A DNA stretch of 64,000 bases. It comes from Myxococcales bacterium. Its GTDB lineage: Bacteria > Myxococcota_A > Polyangia > Polyangiales > Polyangiaceae. Shown here in pieces: positions 45,428-54,452 of the stretch. Position numbers and translations under genes: made by a program. Numbering within the stretch: position 1 is the stretch's first letter; each line of letters opens with the position of its first letter. The notes beneath the pieces were generated by a model, which did no database searches, had not been told where the DNA came from, and saw nothing but the letters and a program-made list of their open reading frames with translations. The stretch spans positions 113,734 to 177,733 of the forward strand of contig JAYTOU010000033.1 of assembly GCA_043747615.1 (NCBI GenBank). The letters are read 5' to 3'.

Positions 45428-47161
45428 TCATTTTTGGGGCCGCCCTTGCTCTACCCTTGTTTCCAGCGTCAAAAGCAGGCTCTTCAGGTGCGGCTCACCC
45501 CCGAGCGGCGCGGGGAAATCATGGGGGTCGGGGAGATCCTTGATCTGCTTTGCCGCGCGGCCACACTGTCGGGTGGCGTCGCCGAGCGCCCTGCGAAACT
45601 TGGTGCGGTTGATCCCTCGGTGGTTCGTGCAGGCCAAGAGACGCCCACCCGGTGCAAGGATGGCAAGGGCGGCGATCGCGAGCTCGGTGTAGTCGCTCGA
45701 GGCAACGAAGCGGCGTGCGCGGGTCGTGGAGTAGCTCGGCGGATCGAGGATGACGAGATCGAAAGTTTCGTTCCTTCGCGCCGCCTTCGCCAGCCATCGG
45801 AACGCATCTTCGGCCACGAAAGAGTGCTCGCCGCGATCGAGGAGCCCAGCCTCCTTCATGGCGTCGCGACCGCGCTCGAGCGCAAGAGGAGACGCGTCGA
45901 CACTCACCGTGCGAACCGCGCCTCCGGTCACCGCGGCAACCGTGAACGCACACGTATAAGAAAAAAGATTGGCAACCGACAGACCCGCGGACATGTGACG
46001 CACGCTCACCCGGTTCGCGCGCTGATCGAGAAAGATGCCGGTGGAGAGGCCGTCCGCAAGACGCGCGCGGTAGGACACCCCTTCTTCGAGGACGGTCAGC
46101 TCCTCCGGCGCCGGCGAGCCCCGCACCGGCATCTTCGGCGCGACGTCCTCCCGATGCGTATCGACCAACGTGTTGGCCTGCTTCGGACGAAGCTTTAAAT
46201 AAATGCCGTCTGCACCGATGGCGTGCAGCTTATCGAGGACGCGCTCGCGCCGCGCTGGGTCGCCCCAGATTCCGTCGTAGAGCTGAGCGACGAGGTGCTC
46301 GCCATAGACGTCGACCGCGAGTCCTGGGAGCGCGTCGCCCTCTTCATTGATCAAACGAAAGGCGGTCGTCGCGCGCGACGTGCCCACGGATCGCCCGAGC
46401 GCGAAGCGTCTATCCACGGCGCGGCGAATGGCGCGTTCGAGGGCCCGCTCGTCGTCGTAGATGCGCTCTTTCAGATCTCCGTGACGCATCCAAAGCTCGA
46501 AATCGTCGGGAATGGGCGCGCTGAACGTGACGCGCTTCTTCGTCGTCGGATGCAGGAGACTGAGCGTGTGCGCGTGAAGGAGGAGCCGCGGCGCGGGGGG
46601 GCCTCCGTAGATGGGGTCGCCGGCGATCGGTGCGCGGGCGTGAGCGAGCTGCACACGCGCCTGGTGAGTGCGACCCGTCTCGAGGACGAGCTCGAGGAGT
46701 ACACGCCCTTTTTCACGGCGTCGCACCTTCACGTGGGTGACCGCGACCTTCGCCCCCTTGCTCTTTCCATGGACGACCCGCATCGCGCCGTTCTCGTCCG
46801 GCTCGAGGGCATCGCGGAGGGTGACGCTCCCCTTCTCGGGCCAGCTCGCCACGCAGGCGAGGTAGGTCTTCTCGACGCTTCGTCCCTCGAACTGGGCTGC
46901 TACCTGGGGGTTCACGTCGCGCCGGCGCGTCATCATCAAGAGCCCCGAGGTGTCGCGATCGAGGCGCTGGTGGACGCCGAGATACGGATCTTGTCCGCGG
47001 GCGACGAGCCATGCGCGAAGGCGGGTCACCACGTCGTCGGGGAGCGACGGATCTGCCGCCTGGCTGGGGACGCCTACCGGTTTGGCGATCGCGAGAAGCG
47101 CACCATCATCGTGGAGAACGTAGGAGTCCTCGAAGTCCGGCCAGACCCGCGTGCGATCCAT
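45428..47161 (-). CDS. Fusion of an RluA-family pseudouridine synthase and an RlmI/RlmK-like SAM methyltransferase
   Basis: N-half: KPVG, HQRLDRDTSG, LETGRTHQ.R, PIAGD.IYG, LLLHA. C-half: EGDALPGL.VD.Y, TGIFLDQR.NR, NLFSYT, ILDPPSY. Confidence 0.88.
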   Translation of the reverse strand: MDRTRVWPDFEDSYVLHDDGALLAIAKPVGVPSQAADPSLPDDVVTRLRAWLVARGQDPYLGVHQRLDRDTSGLLMMTRRRDVNPQVAAQFEGRSVEKTYLACVASWPEKGSVTLRDALEPDENGAMRVVHGKSKGAKVAVTHVKVRRREKGRVLLELVLETGRTHQARVQLAHARAPIAGDPIYGGPPAPRLLLHAHTLSLLHPTTKKRVTFSAPIPDDFELWMRHGDLKERIYDDERALERAIRRAVDRRFALGRSVGTSRATTAFRLINEEGDALPGLAVDVYGEHLVAQLYDGIWGDPARRERVLDKLHAIGADGIYLKLRPKQANTLVDTHREDVAPKMPVRGSPAPEELTVLEEGVSYRARLADGLSTGIFLDQRANRVSVRHMSAGLSVANLFSYTCAFTVAAVTGGAVRTVSVDASPLALERGRDAMKEAGLLDRGEHSFVAEDAFRWLAKAARRNETFDLVILDPPSYSTTRARRFVASSDYTELAIAALAILAPGGRLLACTNHRGINRTKFRRALGDATRQCGRAAKQIKDLPDPHDFPAPLGGEPHLKSLLLTLETRVEQGRPQK

Positions 47162-47167
47162 ACCCAG

Positions 47168-48748
47168 CTAGCGGACGGGGCCGGGATGGTAGCTCGTCAG
47201 GATGCGATGATCGGGCTCGATTCCCGTCTCTTTCAGCTCCACGAGCTCGGTGTCTCGCTCGAGACGATCGAGCCCGCGCTTATGGAGGACGAGAGTGACC
47301 ACCTCTTCGCTCTTCTTGCCCGCGCAAAGGACGCTGAGCTTGAGGGGAAGGCGGTAGCAGCGCGGGGCGTCGACGAACCGCACGCGCCGCGGCACGCCAT
47401 CGAGCACCGGGACCTGCTTCACAGCGTCATCGAGGCGGGCGAAGAGCGGCGAAAGATCGTAGCGAAAGACGTGCTTGATGCGGCGCACGCCGGATGCGCT
47501 CAGCTCTTTCTGGGGCGAGACCGTCCCCTTGTGCACGTAGTGGATCACCGTCCCCGTCAGCGTCGCGCCGCTCCCAGGGTTCAGGGGATCGGGCCTGGTG
47601 CTCGTGACCTGATCGAACGACTCTCGCGCGCTCACGATCACATCGCGCTTCGGAAGGCGGCGCGCAGGCGCACGAAACCGGGCCACGCGCTGGGCGTAAA
47701 AGCGGTGAACGTTGCCGGAGATCCACAGGCGCCCAAGCTCTTTGATTCGGTCTTTCGCGGCGTAGACGAGCCCGGCACCGACCGCGAGCATCACGATCCC
47801 CGAGCCGACCGTGGTCGATCCGCTCGCCTGGCTTCGGTTGAGCAGGGCAATCTGCCATGCGAACGCCCACGTCGACGCCACGAGAGCAACGAAGGCCGCG
47901 ACGTAGTTGTGAATCCGCTCTGCCACCCGGAACACCTCGGGCTCGAGGAAGAGGACTTCCTGGAAATGTTTTTTCAGCTGACTCGAGCGATCGAGGTAGC
48001 GTTCCAGCTGCGGCATCGATTTCGGATCCGCTCGAATGAAGGACCGCTCGCCTCGGTAGAGGAGCTCGCCTTCGAGCGCATCTGCCACGCGGGTCTCGAC
48101 GGCCGCGACGAGCGCAGGGAAGCTTTCGGCATGGACCGAGTTGCTCGTGAGCATTTTTCCAAGGGAGCGTTCGGCGCTCGCAAGCATCTCGAGGAGTCGC
48201 ACGCTCACGTACTCGTCGACCAGCTTGCGTTCTCGCTGGAGCTCCGGCGCTTCGCCTTCGACCGGCGTTACCATGCGCCTTCGCGCGTCGGCCGCCATGC
48301 AGAGCGCGCCCTCGATCCAGTGCAGCAGCGTCTCTTTCAGGTCGGTGGGAACCTCGGGAACGAGGAGCGAGGTGGCGAGGCGGCAGTGACGCGCAAACCC
48401 CTCGCTCGCGCGCGACAGACGATTGGCGAGGGTGACGGCGCCGCGGCGAAGAGAGTCGATGGAAACCGGTTCACCCGCGTTGACCGCCTCTGCGGGGCCA
48501 TCGAGACGCGTGAAAGACTGGAGCTGATCCCAGGGCGCGTGGTCGGCAAACGCGTTCGAAGGGATGTCGAGGTCGACGTTGATCGAATAGGCGAGAGGCC
48601 CCTTCTCGGGGAGCGGAACGGAGACGCTCCACTCGAGGCGAGAGGCGTCGTGGATGCCAAGGCGGACCTCGACGTCCGGAAGAGCATCGGACTCTTCCGT
48701 GACGCTCGCCGTCGAGCGAGCAAGACCTGTGATTTGTGCGGCGGCCAT
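47168..48748 (-). CDS. Hypothetical protein with two central TM helices
   Basis: 526-aa ORF between uup and the RluA fusion; TMs YVAAFVALVASTWAFAW and IVMLAVGAGLVYAA, followed by KDRIKE. Confidence 0.8.
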   Translation of the reverse strand: MAAAQITGLARSTASVTEESDALPDVEVRLGIHDASRLEWSVSVPLPEKGPLAYSINVDLDIPSNAFADHAPWDQLQSFTRLDGPAEAVNAGEPVSIDSLRRGAVTLANRLSRASEGFARHCRLATSLLVPEVPTDLKETLLHWIEGALCMAADARRRMVTPVEGEAPELQRERKLVDEYVSVRLLEMLASAERSLGKMLTSNSVHAESFPALVAAVETRVADALEGELLYRGERSFIRADPKSMPQLERYLDRSSQLKKHFQEVLFLEPEVFRVAERIHNYVAAFVALVASTWAFAWQIALLNRSQASGSTTVGSGIVMLAVGAGLVYAAKDRIKELGRLWISGNVHRFYAQRVARFRAPARRLPKRDVIVSARESFDQVTSTRPDPLNPGSGATLTGTVIHYVHKGTVSPQKELSASGVRRIKHVFRYDLSPLFARLDDAVKQVPVLDGVPRRVRFVDAPRCYRLPLKLSVLCAGKKSEEVVTLVLHKRGLDRLERDTELVELKETGIEPDHRILTSYHPGPVR

Positions 48749-48813
48749 CGCCGCTTAGAGCGCTCCCACGTTATCGAGAGATGCGCGACAAACCCGCGCT
48801 GCGCAAGGAAATA

Positions 48814-50724
48814 CTACCTCTTCGACTCGAGTTCTTCCCAGCGTGTAGTGAGGGTGATTACCTCGCTGCGCGCGCGGTCGAGATCAGTCTGTACGCGTTT
48901 CGCGGCGTCGGCGCTGGAGCGGGCATCCGGCATAAATGCTTCGGTAAGCCTGCGCTCGTGCACGATGACCTTTTCCTCCGCCGCACTGATCATGGCGAGG
49001 ATGCCATCGAGCTCGATCCGCTCGGAGTACGAAAGCGCTTTTTTCGGCGGCGGCTGAGATGCCTTGGTGGCGCGCGCCTTCGCCTGCGTGGCGACTTTCT
49101 CGGCGGCAAGGGCTTCGGCGCGACGGCGACGGTACGTGTCGTAGTCGCCCTGGTGGTGGACGACCTTGCCCTCTTCGAAGGCGAGGATCGAGGTCACCAC
49201 GCGGTTGAGGAAGTAGCGATCGTGGGACACGACGAGCGCGCAGCCGGGCCAATTTTCGAGCATCTCCTCGAGTGCGCCCAGGGTCATCACGTCGAGGTCG
49301 TTGGTGGGCTCGTCGAGAAGGAGGAGATTCGCGCCGCGCCGCAGCGTCTTGGCGAGGGCCACACGCGCGCGCTCCCCGCCGGACAGAGAGCCTACTTTTT
49401 GGCGCTGTTTGGAGGGCTCGAAGAGAAACTGCTCGAGGTAGGTTCGGAGATCGATCTTGCGCGCGCCGAGCTCGACCATGCCCCCGCCGGTGGTCTCCGC
49501 CCCTTCGCGCTCGGCGACGTTGTCGTAAATCGACCAGCCGTCCACGAGCTCGCTCCGTGACTGGTCGAAGTACGCGAGGGTCGTTCGCTCACCTCTCACC
49601 ACCTGGCCGGAGGTCGGAGCGAGCTCGCCGCTGACGAGCTTGAGGAGGGAGGTCTTGCCGACGCCGTTCGGACCGATGATCCCCACGCGATCGCCGGAGA
49701 CCATGTGGAAGGTGAGATTGTCGATGAGGCGGCGGCCCGCGATGTCGAGGCTCGCGTCCTTGAACTCGAGGATGGTCTTTCCGATCCGCGACGCGTGAGC
49801 CTCGAGCGTCACCCGCTCGATCTCGCGCGGACCTTTGACGGCGATGGCCGCCTCTGCCCGCTGGATCCGCGCTTTTTGCTTCGTTGAGCGCGCCTTTGGT
49901 CCACGCGCCAACCACGCTCGCTCGCGACGAAGAAAATTCATGCGGTTCGATTCCGCGCGGCCAGCTTGGGCCAGGCGCTCCGCTTTTTGCTCGAGGTAGT
50001 CGCCGTAATTTCCTTCGTACGTCTCGAGCTTGCCGTGCTCGAGCTCGACGATACGCGTCGCGATGGCATCGAGGACGTAGCGATCGTGGGTCACGATCAG
50101 TACCGCGCCCTGAAATTTTTCGGCTAGGAGCTCTTCGAGCCACTCGATGGTGTCGACGTCGAGGTGGTTGGTCGGCTCGTCGAGGATCGCGAGCTGCGGC
50201 TCGGCGACAAGAAGCTGCGCGAGGGCCACGCGTCTGCGCTCTCCACCGCTCATCGTTCCTACGGCGCGATCGAGATCAACGATGCCCACCTTGTGGAGCA
50301 TCTCTTCGACGAGGTGCTCGCGGTCCCATCCTCCGAGGTGCTCGACGCTCTCCGCGAGCTCGGCCTGCAGAGCCATTGCCGCCACGTCGGAGCCGCTCCC
50401 GATGGCCAAGGTCGCCTCGCCGTGACGCTTGACAGCATCGTGCCACGCGGTGAGCCCCTCGCCAACGAGGAGACGCGGCGTGGCCTTCGGATCGAGGTTC
50501 GGCTCTTGTGCGAGGTAGCGGATCGACGCACCGCGCTGCCGATCGATGACCCCGCCGTCGGAGGGCTCGAAGCCCGCGAGAACGCGCAGGAGGGTCGATT
50601 TCCCGGTTCCATTCACGCCGAGGAGGCCGATGCGATCCCCCTCTTCGACCGTCAGCGCGAGGTCGTTGAAGAGCGTTTGAGGGCCGTACGCTTTGACGAG
50701 ATTGCGGGCGCTGAGGAGGGACAT
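48814..50724 (-). CDS. uup: ABC-F family ATPase (Uup-like)
   Basis: Two ABC domains (GVNGTGKST/SGGE/LDEPTNHLD and GPNGVGKT/SGGE/LDEPTNDLD); linker GPKARSTKQKAR; C-terminal coiled coil ending RWEELE. Confidence 0.92.
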   Translation of the reverse strand: MSLLSARNLVKAYGPQTLFNDLALTVEEGDRIGLLGVNGTGKSTLLRVLAGFEPSDGGVIDRQRGASIRYLAQEPNLDPKATPRLLVGEGLTAWHDAVKRHGEATLAIGSGSDVAAMALQAELAESVEHLGGWDREHLVEEMLHKVGIVDLDRAVGTMSGGERRRVALAQLLVAEPQLAILDEPTNHLDVDTIEWLEELLAEKFQGAVLIVTHDRYVLDAIATRIVELEHGKLETYEGNYGDYLEQKAERLAQAGRAESNRMNFLRRERAWLARGPKARSTKQKARIQRAEAAIAVKGPREIERVTLEAHASRIGKTILEFKDASLDIAGRRLIDNLTFHMVSGDRVGIIGPNGVGKTSLLKLVSGELAPTSGQVVRGERTTLAYFDQSRSELVDGWSIYDNVAEREGAETTGGGMVELGARKIDLRTYLEQFLFEPSKQRQKVGSLSGGERARVALAKTLRRGANLLLLDEPTNDLDVMTLGALEEMLENWPGCALVVSHDRYFLNRVVTSILAFEEGKVVHHQGDYDTYRRRRAEALAAEKVATQAKARATKASQPPPKKALSYSERIELDGILAMISAAEEKVIVHERRLTEAFMPDARSSADAAKRVQTDLDRARSEVITLTTRWEELESKR

Positions 50725-50827
50725 CGGCGGTGACTGTACTCGGAAAGTGCCCCGGCCCGAGGGCTCAACTGCGCTCAGCCAAGATCTCGCCCGTGCAGAC
50801 GGTCAAAGAACGCGTTAGGTTGCGGGC

Positions 50828-51160
50828 ATGAGTGACGACGTCCGAGCCCGCATCCAACAGCTGATCGAAACGAACAAGGTCATTCTGTTCATGAAGGGGA
50901 CGAAGTCCTTTCCCCAGTGCGGTTTTTCGAACGCGTGTGTCCAGATCCTGAAGAAGGAAGGCGTGGCCTTCGAGACCGTCAACGTCCTCGCCGACCCACT
51001 CATCCGCCAGGGCATCAAGGATTTTTCGAAGTGGCCGACCGTCCCCCAGCTCTACGTAGATGGGAAGTTCCTGGGCGGATCCGACATCGTCACCGAGATG
51101 CACCAGTCGGGCGAGCTCTCCCGCGAGCTCGTCGCCGCCGGTCTGAAAGCGGCGTCCTAA
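50828..51160 (+). CDS. grxD: Monothiol glutaredoxin Grx4
   Basis: LFMKGT..FPQCGFS, WPTVPQLY, GGSDI. Confidence 0.97.
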   Translation: MSDDVRARIQQLIETNKVILFMKGTKSFPQCGFSNACVQILKKEGVAFETVNVLADPLIRQGIKDFSKWPTVPQLYVDGKFLGGSDIVTEMHQSGELSRELVAAGLKAAS

Positions 51161-51175
51161 GCCGCGGGGGCAGCC

Positions 51176-51937
51176 CTAGAAAGAAAGACCGCCGTCGACG
51201 TCGATGCAGCGGCCGTTGAAGTAGTCGCACTCGATCACGAATTTCACGCCGAGCCAGATGTCTTCGGGGACGCCGATCCGGCCCACCGGAATTGCCGCGA
51301 CGAGGCCGTCTCGCGCTTTGGGGTTCATGCCTTTGGTCATGGGCGTCTCGATCATCCCCGGGGCGACGGCGCCGACACGGATCCCGAAAGAAGCGAACTC
51401 CGAAGCCCACGTGCGGGTGTTGGTTGCGAGTGCCGACTTTGCCGCGGCGTAGTTCGACTGCCCGCGGTTGCCGTAGCGAGCGATGCTCGAGATGTTGACG
51501 ATCACCCCTTTTTCACCGCTTTCTACCATCTTCTTCACGGTGTCGCGGGCGAGGAGCGTGGCCCCGGTGAGATTCACCGCGATGACCGCGTCCCAGCTCT
51601 CCTTCGAGAGCACCTTCACCGCACCGGTCTCGCGATCCTTCTTTACGAGGAGACCGTCGCGCAGGATTCCGGCGTTGTTGACGAGGCCATTCAGGCCGCC
51701 CATTGCGCCGTGTGCCCACTCGACGAACGCGCCGACGTCGGCTTCGCTAGCCACATCGAGCTTCCGCACGTGGACCTTGCCCGGTCCCTTGGCGAGACCG
51801 GCAGTCTCGGCGAGCCCGGCCTCGTTCACGTCGCCAACCGCTACCTGTGCCCCTGCTTCGGCGAGGCGAAGGGCGAAGTGCTGGCCGAGTCCCTGCGCGC
51901 CACCGGAAACGATGATCTTCATGTCGCTAAGCTGCAT
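51176..51937 (-). CDS. SDR family oxidoreductase (FabG-like)
   Basis: SGGAQGLG, NNAGILRDG, NISS, GQSNYAAAK (YxxxK). Confidence 0.92.
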   Translation of the reverse strand: MQLSDMKIIVSGGAQGLGQHFALRLAEAGAQVAVGDVNEAGLAETAGLAKGPGKVHVRKLDVASEADVGAFVEWAHGAMGGLNGLVNNAGILRDGLLVKKDRETGAVKVLSKESWDAVIAVNLTGATLLARDTVKKMVESGEKGVIVNISSIARYGNRGQSNYAAAKSALATNTRTWASEFASFGIRVGAVAPGMIETPMTKGMNPKARDGLVAAIPVGRIGVPEDIWLGVKFVIECDYFNGRCIDVDGGLSF

Positions 51938-52201
51938 GCACTCGCTCTTACCGCGATTTTACCAGACGAGCACGACGGGAATTCCCGAGTGACGCGATGC
52001 CCAGCGAAGGAGATGACGAATGCTCCCGCCAACCCCGAGGGCGGCCGCGGTGATCCACGATGAAAGATGAGGAAAGGCGAGAGCGTGAGCCATCGGTCGA
52101 GGCGCTCCGGAGCGGACGCGCGGTCTCATCAGGGCATGCACCCCGCGAAACGGGCAAAGTTCTTTCTTTCTTTGTGAAACGGTTCATGGGAGTTTCCGTC
52201 C

Positions 52202-52573
52202 GTGAAGCGCCGCATCACCATCGCTGCCCTGTCCATCGTCGTGACCGCCCTCTTTTTCGGGGCGTGCTCCAACGGCTCCGAGGGTGATCGCTGTGACGTC
52301 CGCAGCGACAACGGCGGAAACGACGAATGCCAAAACGGCCTGAAGTGCACGCCCGCCATTCAGCTCAATGGCAACGCGCAGCAGTCCGATCGTTGCTGCC
52401 CGCAAGATCGCTCGACCTCGGCCGCCGGCTCGGTGTGCGCCCTGGTGACGCCGTCGAACGGGCTCGGCGCAGACGGCGCGATCCCCGCAGAGGCCGCGGT
52501 CGCCGACGGACCGATCCTCCCCGATTCGGCCACCGACGCCCCGAGCGCGGCGGACGGCGGCGACGGCGGCTGA
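52202..52573 (+). CDS. Small Cys-rich lipoprotein
   Basis: FGAC lipobox; six further Cys; acidic DGG tail. Confidence 0.75.
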   Translation: MKRRITIAALSIVVTALFFGACSNGSEGDRCDVRSDNGGNDECQNGLKCTPAIQLNGNAQQSDRCCPQDRSTSAAGSVCALVTPSNGLGADGAIPAEAAVADGPILPDSATDAPSAADGGDGG

Positions 52574-52577
52574 TTCG

Positions 52578-52832
52578 ATGCACGGCCTCGTCGGGTACGC
52601 GCAGGAAGCGCTGATGCTCACGATCCTGCTCTCTCTTCCGATCGTCGCGGTTGCGGCGCTGGTCGGCGTCATCGTGGCGGCGTTTCAAGCGGCGTCCCAG
52701 ATCCAAGACGCGACCCTCGCGCACCTTCCGCGCCTCGTCGCGGTGATCGCAGCGCTCGCCGTCCTCGGCCCGTGGATGGGACACGAAGTGGCGAGCTTCG
52801 CCGAACGCGTCTTCACCCTCGCCGCGCGCTGA
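52578..52832 (+). CDS. FliQ/SctS (EscS/YscS) family export-gate subunit
   Basis: 84 aa; EAL.L..LLSLP.VAVAALVG..VAAFQAASQIQDATL..LPRL...L..LGPWM. Confidence 0.88.
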   Translation: MHGLVGYAQEALMLTILLSLPIVAVAALVGVIVAAFQAASQIQDATLAHLPRLVAVIAALAVLGPWMGHEVASFAERVFTLAAR

Positions 52833-52861
52833 TTGACCCGCCGCACGGCGTTTGGTACGTC
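52833..52861 (+). promoter_or_regulatory. Possible sigma70 promoter of tetR-epmA
   Basis: TTGACC-N17-TACGTC with a TG extension. Confidence 0.45.
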
Positions 52862-52871
52862 CGTTTGAAGA

Positions 52872-53534
52872 ATGACTGAATCCTCACTCAGTCGGGGCAA
52901 GCCGAAGAAAACGCCGGTTCGGATCAAGAACGGCCCGGCTGCAGGAGCGCGCGCAAAACCTGGCGACAAACGCGAGCGGATCCTTCTCGCGGCGGTGAAG
53001 GTGTTCGCGAAGAACGGATTTTACGCGACGCGGGTGAGCGAAGTGGCCAAGGCCGCGGGCGTCGCCGATGGCACGATCTACCTGTATTTCCGGTCGAAAG
53101 ACGAGATTCTGCTGTCGCTCTTCGAGGACCGCGTGGAGAAACTTCTCTCGCACATGAAAAACGAGCTGGCGAAGCTGCCGGGCGCCTCTGCGAAATTCCG
53201 GCGGGTGATCGAGCTGCAGCTCGGGCTTCTCGAAGGCGAGCGCGATCTGGCCGAGGTGATCACGGTGATCCTCCGTCAGTCGACGAAGCTCTTGAAGGAG
53301 TTCGCCGCCCCGAAGTTCACCTCGTACCTCGACGCGATCGCCAAGGTCGTCGCCGAAGGGCAAGCGGACGGAGAGTTCCGCAAAGACGTCTCGCCGCATC
53401 TCGTCGCGCGCGCCACCTTCGGAGCGCTCGATGGAATCGCGCTCACGTGGGCGCTCGGTCGGGCAGAGCAGGGTGCGCTCGTGCGCTCGGCGCGTCAGCT
53501 CGCGGACGTGATGCTTCGTGGCCTCGCGCCCTGA
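52872..53534 (+). CDS. TetR family regulator, FadR(YsiA)-like
   Basis: HTH VSEVAKAAGVADGTIYLYF.SKDEIL.SLF; EGQ..GEFRKD. Confidence 0.9.
   Translation: MTESSLSRGKPKKTPVRIKNGPAAGARAKPGDKRERILLAAVKVFAKNGFYATRVSEVAKAAGVADGTIYLYFRSKDEILLSLFEDRVEKLLSHMKNELAKLPGASAKFRRVIELQLGLLEGERDLAEVITVILRQSTKLLKEFAAPKFTSYLDAIAKVVAEGQADGEFRKDVSPHLVARATFGALDGIALTWALGRAEQGALVRSARQLADVMLRGLAP
52874..52893. promoter_or_regulatory. Inverted repeat, candidate TetR operator
   Basis: GACTGA-atcctcac-TCAGTC overlapping the tetR start codon. Confidence 0.55.
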
Positions 53535-53546
53535 GCGAAGGCAGCG

Positions 53547-54452
53547 ATGAAAAAGCTCCGCGAACGCGCCCTCATCGTGAGACAGATTCGGAGCTTCTTC
53601 GTGGAGCGCGAATTTCTCGAGGTGGAGACGCCGATTCTCGTCCCTTCTCCGGGCCTCGACGTCCACCTGGATGCCTTCGAGATTGCGGGCTCGTCGCGTT
53701 ACCTGATGACCTCGCCCGAGTACCAGATGAAGCGTCTGCTCGCCGACGGGTACGAGAAACTTTTCCAGATCACCAAGGTGTTTCGTAGGGACGAGAAGGG
53801 CACGCGGCACAACCCGGAGTTCACGATGCTCGAGTGGTACCGGGCAAACGCGTCCATGGAGGACGTGATGCGCGACACCGAGGAGCTCGTAGAAACGATC
53901 ACCGCGGGCGAGGTGCGCGTCGGCGATCGGCGGATCACGGTGCGCGCGCCCTTCCCGCGCCTGACGGTGTGTGAGGCGTTTCAAACGTACGCCGGCGTGC
54001 CTGCAGACGAGACGCTGCGTCTCGCAGAAAATGACGAAGACGCGTTCTACCGGCTGCTCGTCGAGAAGGTCGAGCCGGGCATCGAGGCGCTCGATCATCC
54101 GCTTTTCCTCGGAGAGTATCCCGCCTCGCAAGCTTCGCTCGCGCGAAAAAAACCAGGTGATCCGCGGGTGGCCGAGCGCTTCGAGCTCTATGTGGCGGGC
54201 GTCGAGCTGTGCAACGGATTCGGCGAGCTCACCGATCCCGTCGAGCAGTGCGCGCGCTTCGATCGCGATCAAGAAGAGCGAAAGGCACGCGGTCTCCCCG
54301 TCTATCCGAAGGACGAACGTTTTCTCGAAGCTCTCGCTCGCGGCGTCCCTCCGAGCGGCGGAAATGCCCTCGGTGTCGATCGTCTCGTGGCCCTCGCCTG
54401 CGGCACGACCGACATCGGTGAGGTGATCGCCTTCACCGACGACGAGGTCTAA
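53547..54452 (+). CDS. epmA: EF-P lysine aminoacylase
   Basis: LysRS catalytic domain only: FLEVETP, YLMTSPEY.MKRLL, HNPEFTMLEWYR, ERFELY..GVELCNGF.EL, ALGVDRL. Confidence 0.95.
   Translation: MKKLRERALIVRQIRSFFVEREFLEVETPILVPSPGLDVHLDAFEIAGSSRYLMTSPEYQMKRLLADGYEKLFQITKVFRRDEKGTRHNPEFTMLEWYRANASMEDVMRDTEELVETITAGEVRVGDRRITVRAPFPRLTVCEAFQTYAGVPADETLRLAENDEDAFYRLLVEKVEPGIEALDHPLFLGEYPASQASLARKKPGDPRVAERFELYVAGVELCNGFGELTDPVEQCARFDRDQEERKARGLPVYPKDERFLEALARGVPPSGGNALGVDRLVALACGTTDIGEVIAFTDDEV

Noticed and set aside
46223..49057. 944-aa plus-strand ORF
   Set aside because: Antisense shadow of three well-supported minus-strand genes; no motifs.
25430..51180. REP-like family (GGGCTGCCCC at about 25433 and 51167; AGGCCACCCCC at about 10408 and 34038)
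   Set aside because: Only two short copies each in GC-rich DNA; too little to call a repeat family.
52128..52162. c-di-GMP-I riboswitch resemblance (AGGGCA..GAAA..GCAAAG)
   Set aside because: Lacks GCAAAC, the GAC junction and the second stem; only a short hairpin is supported.
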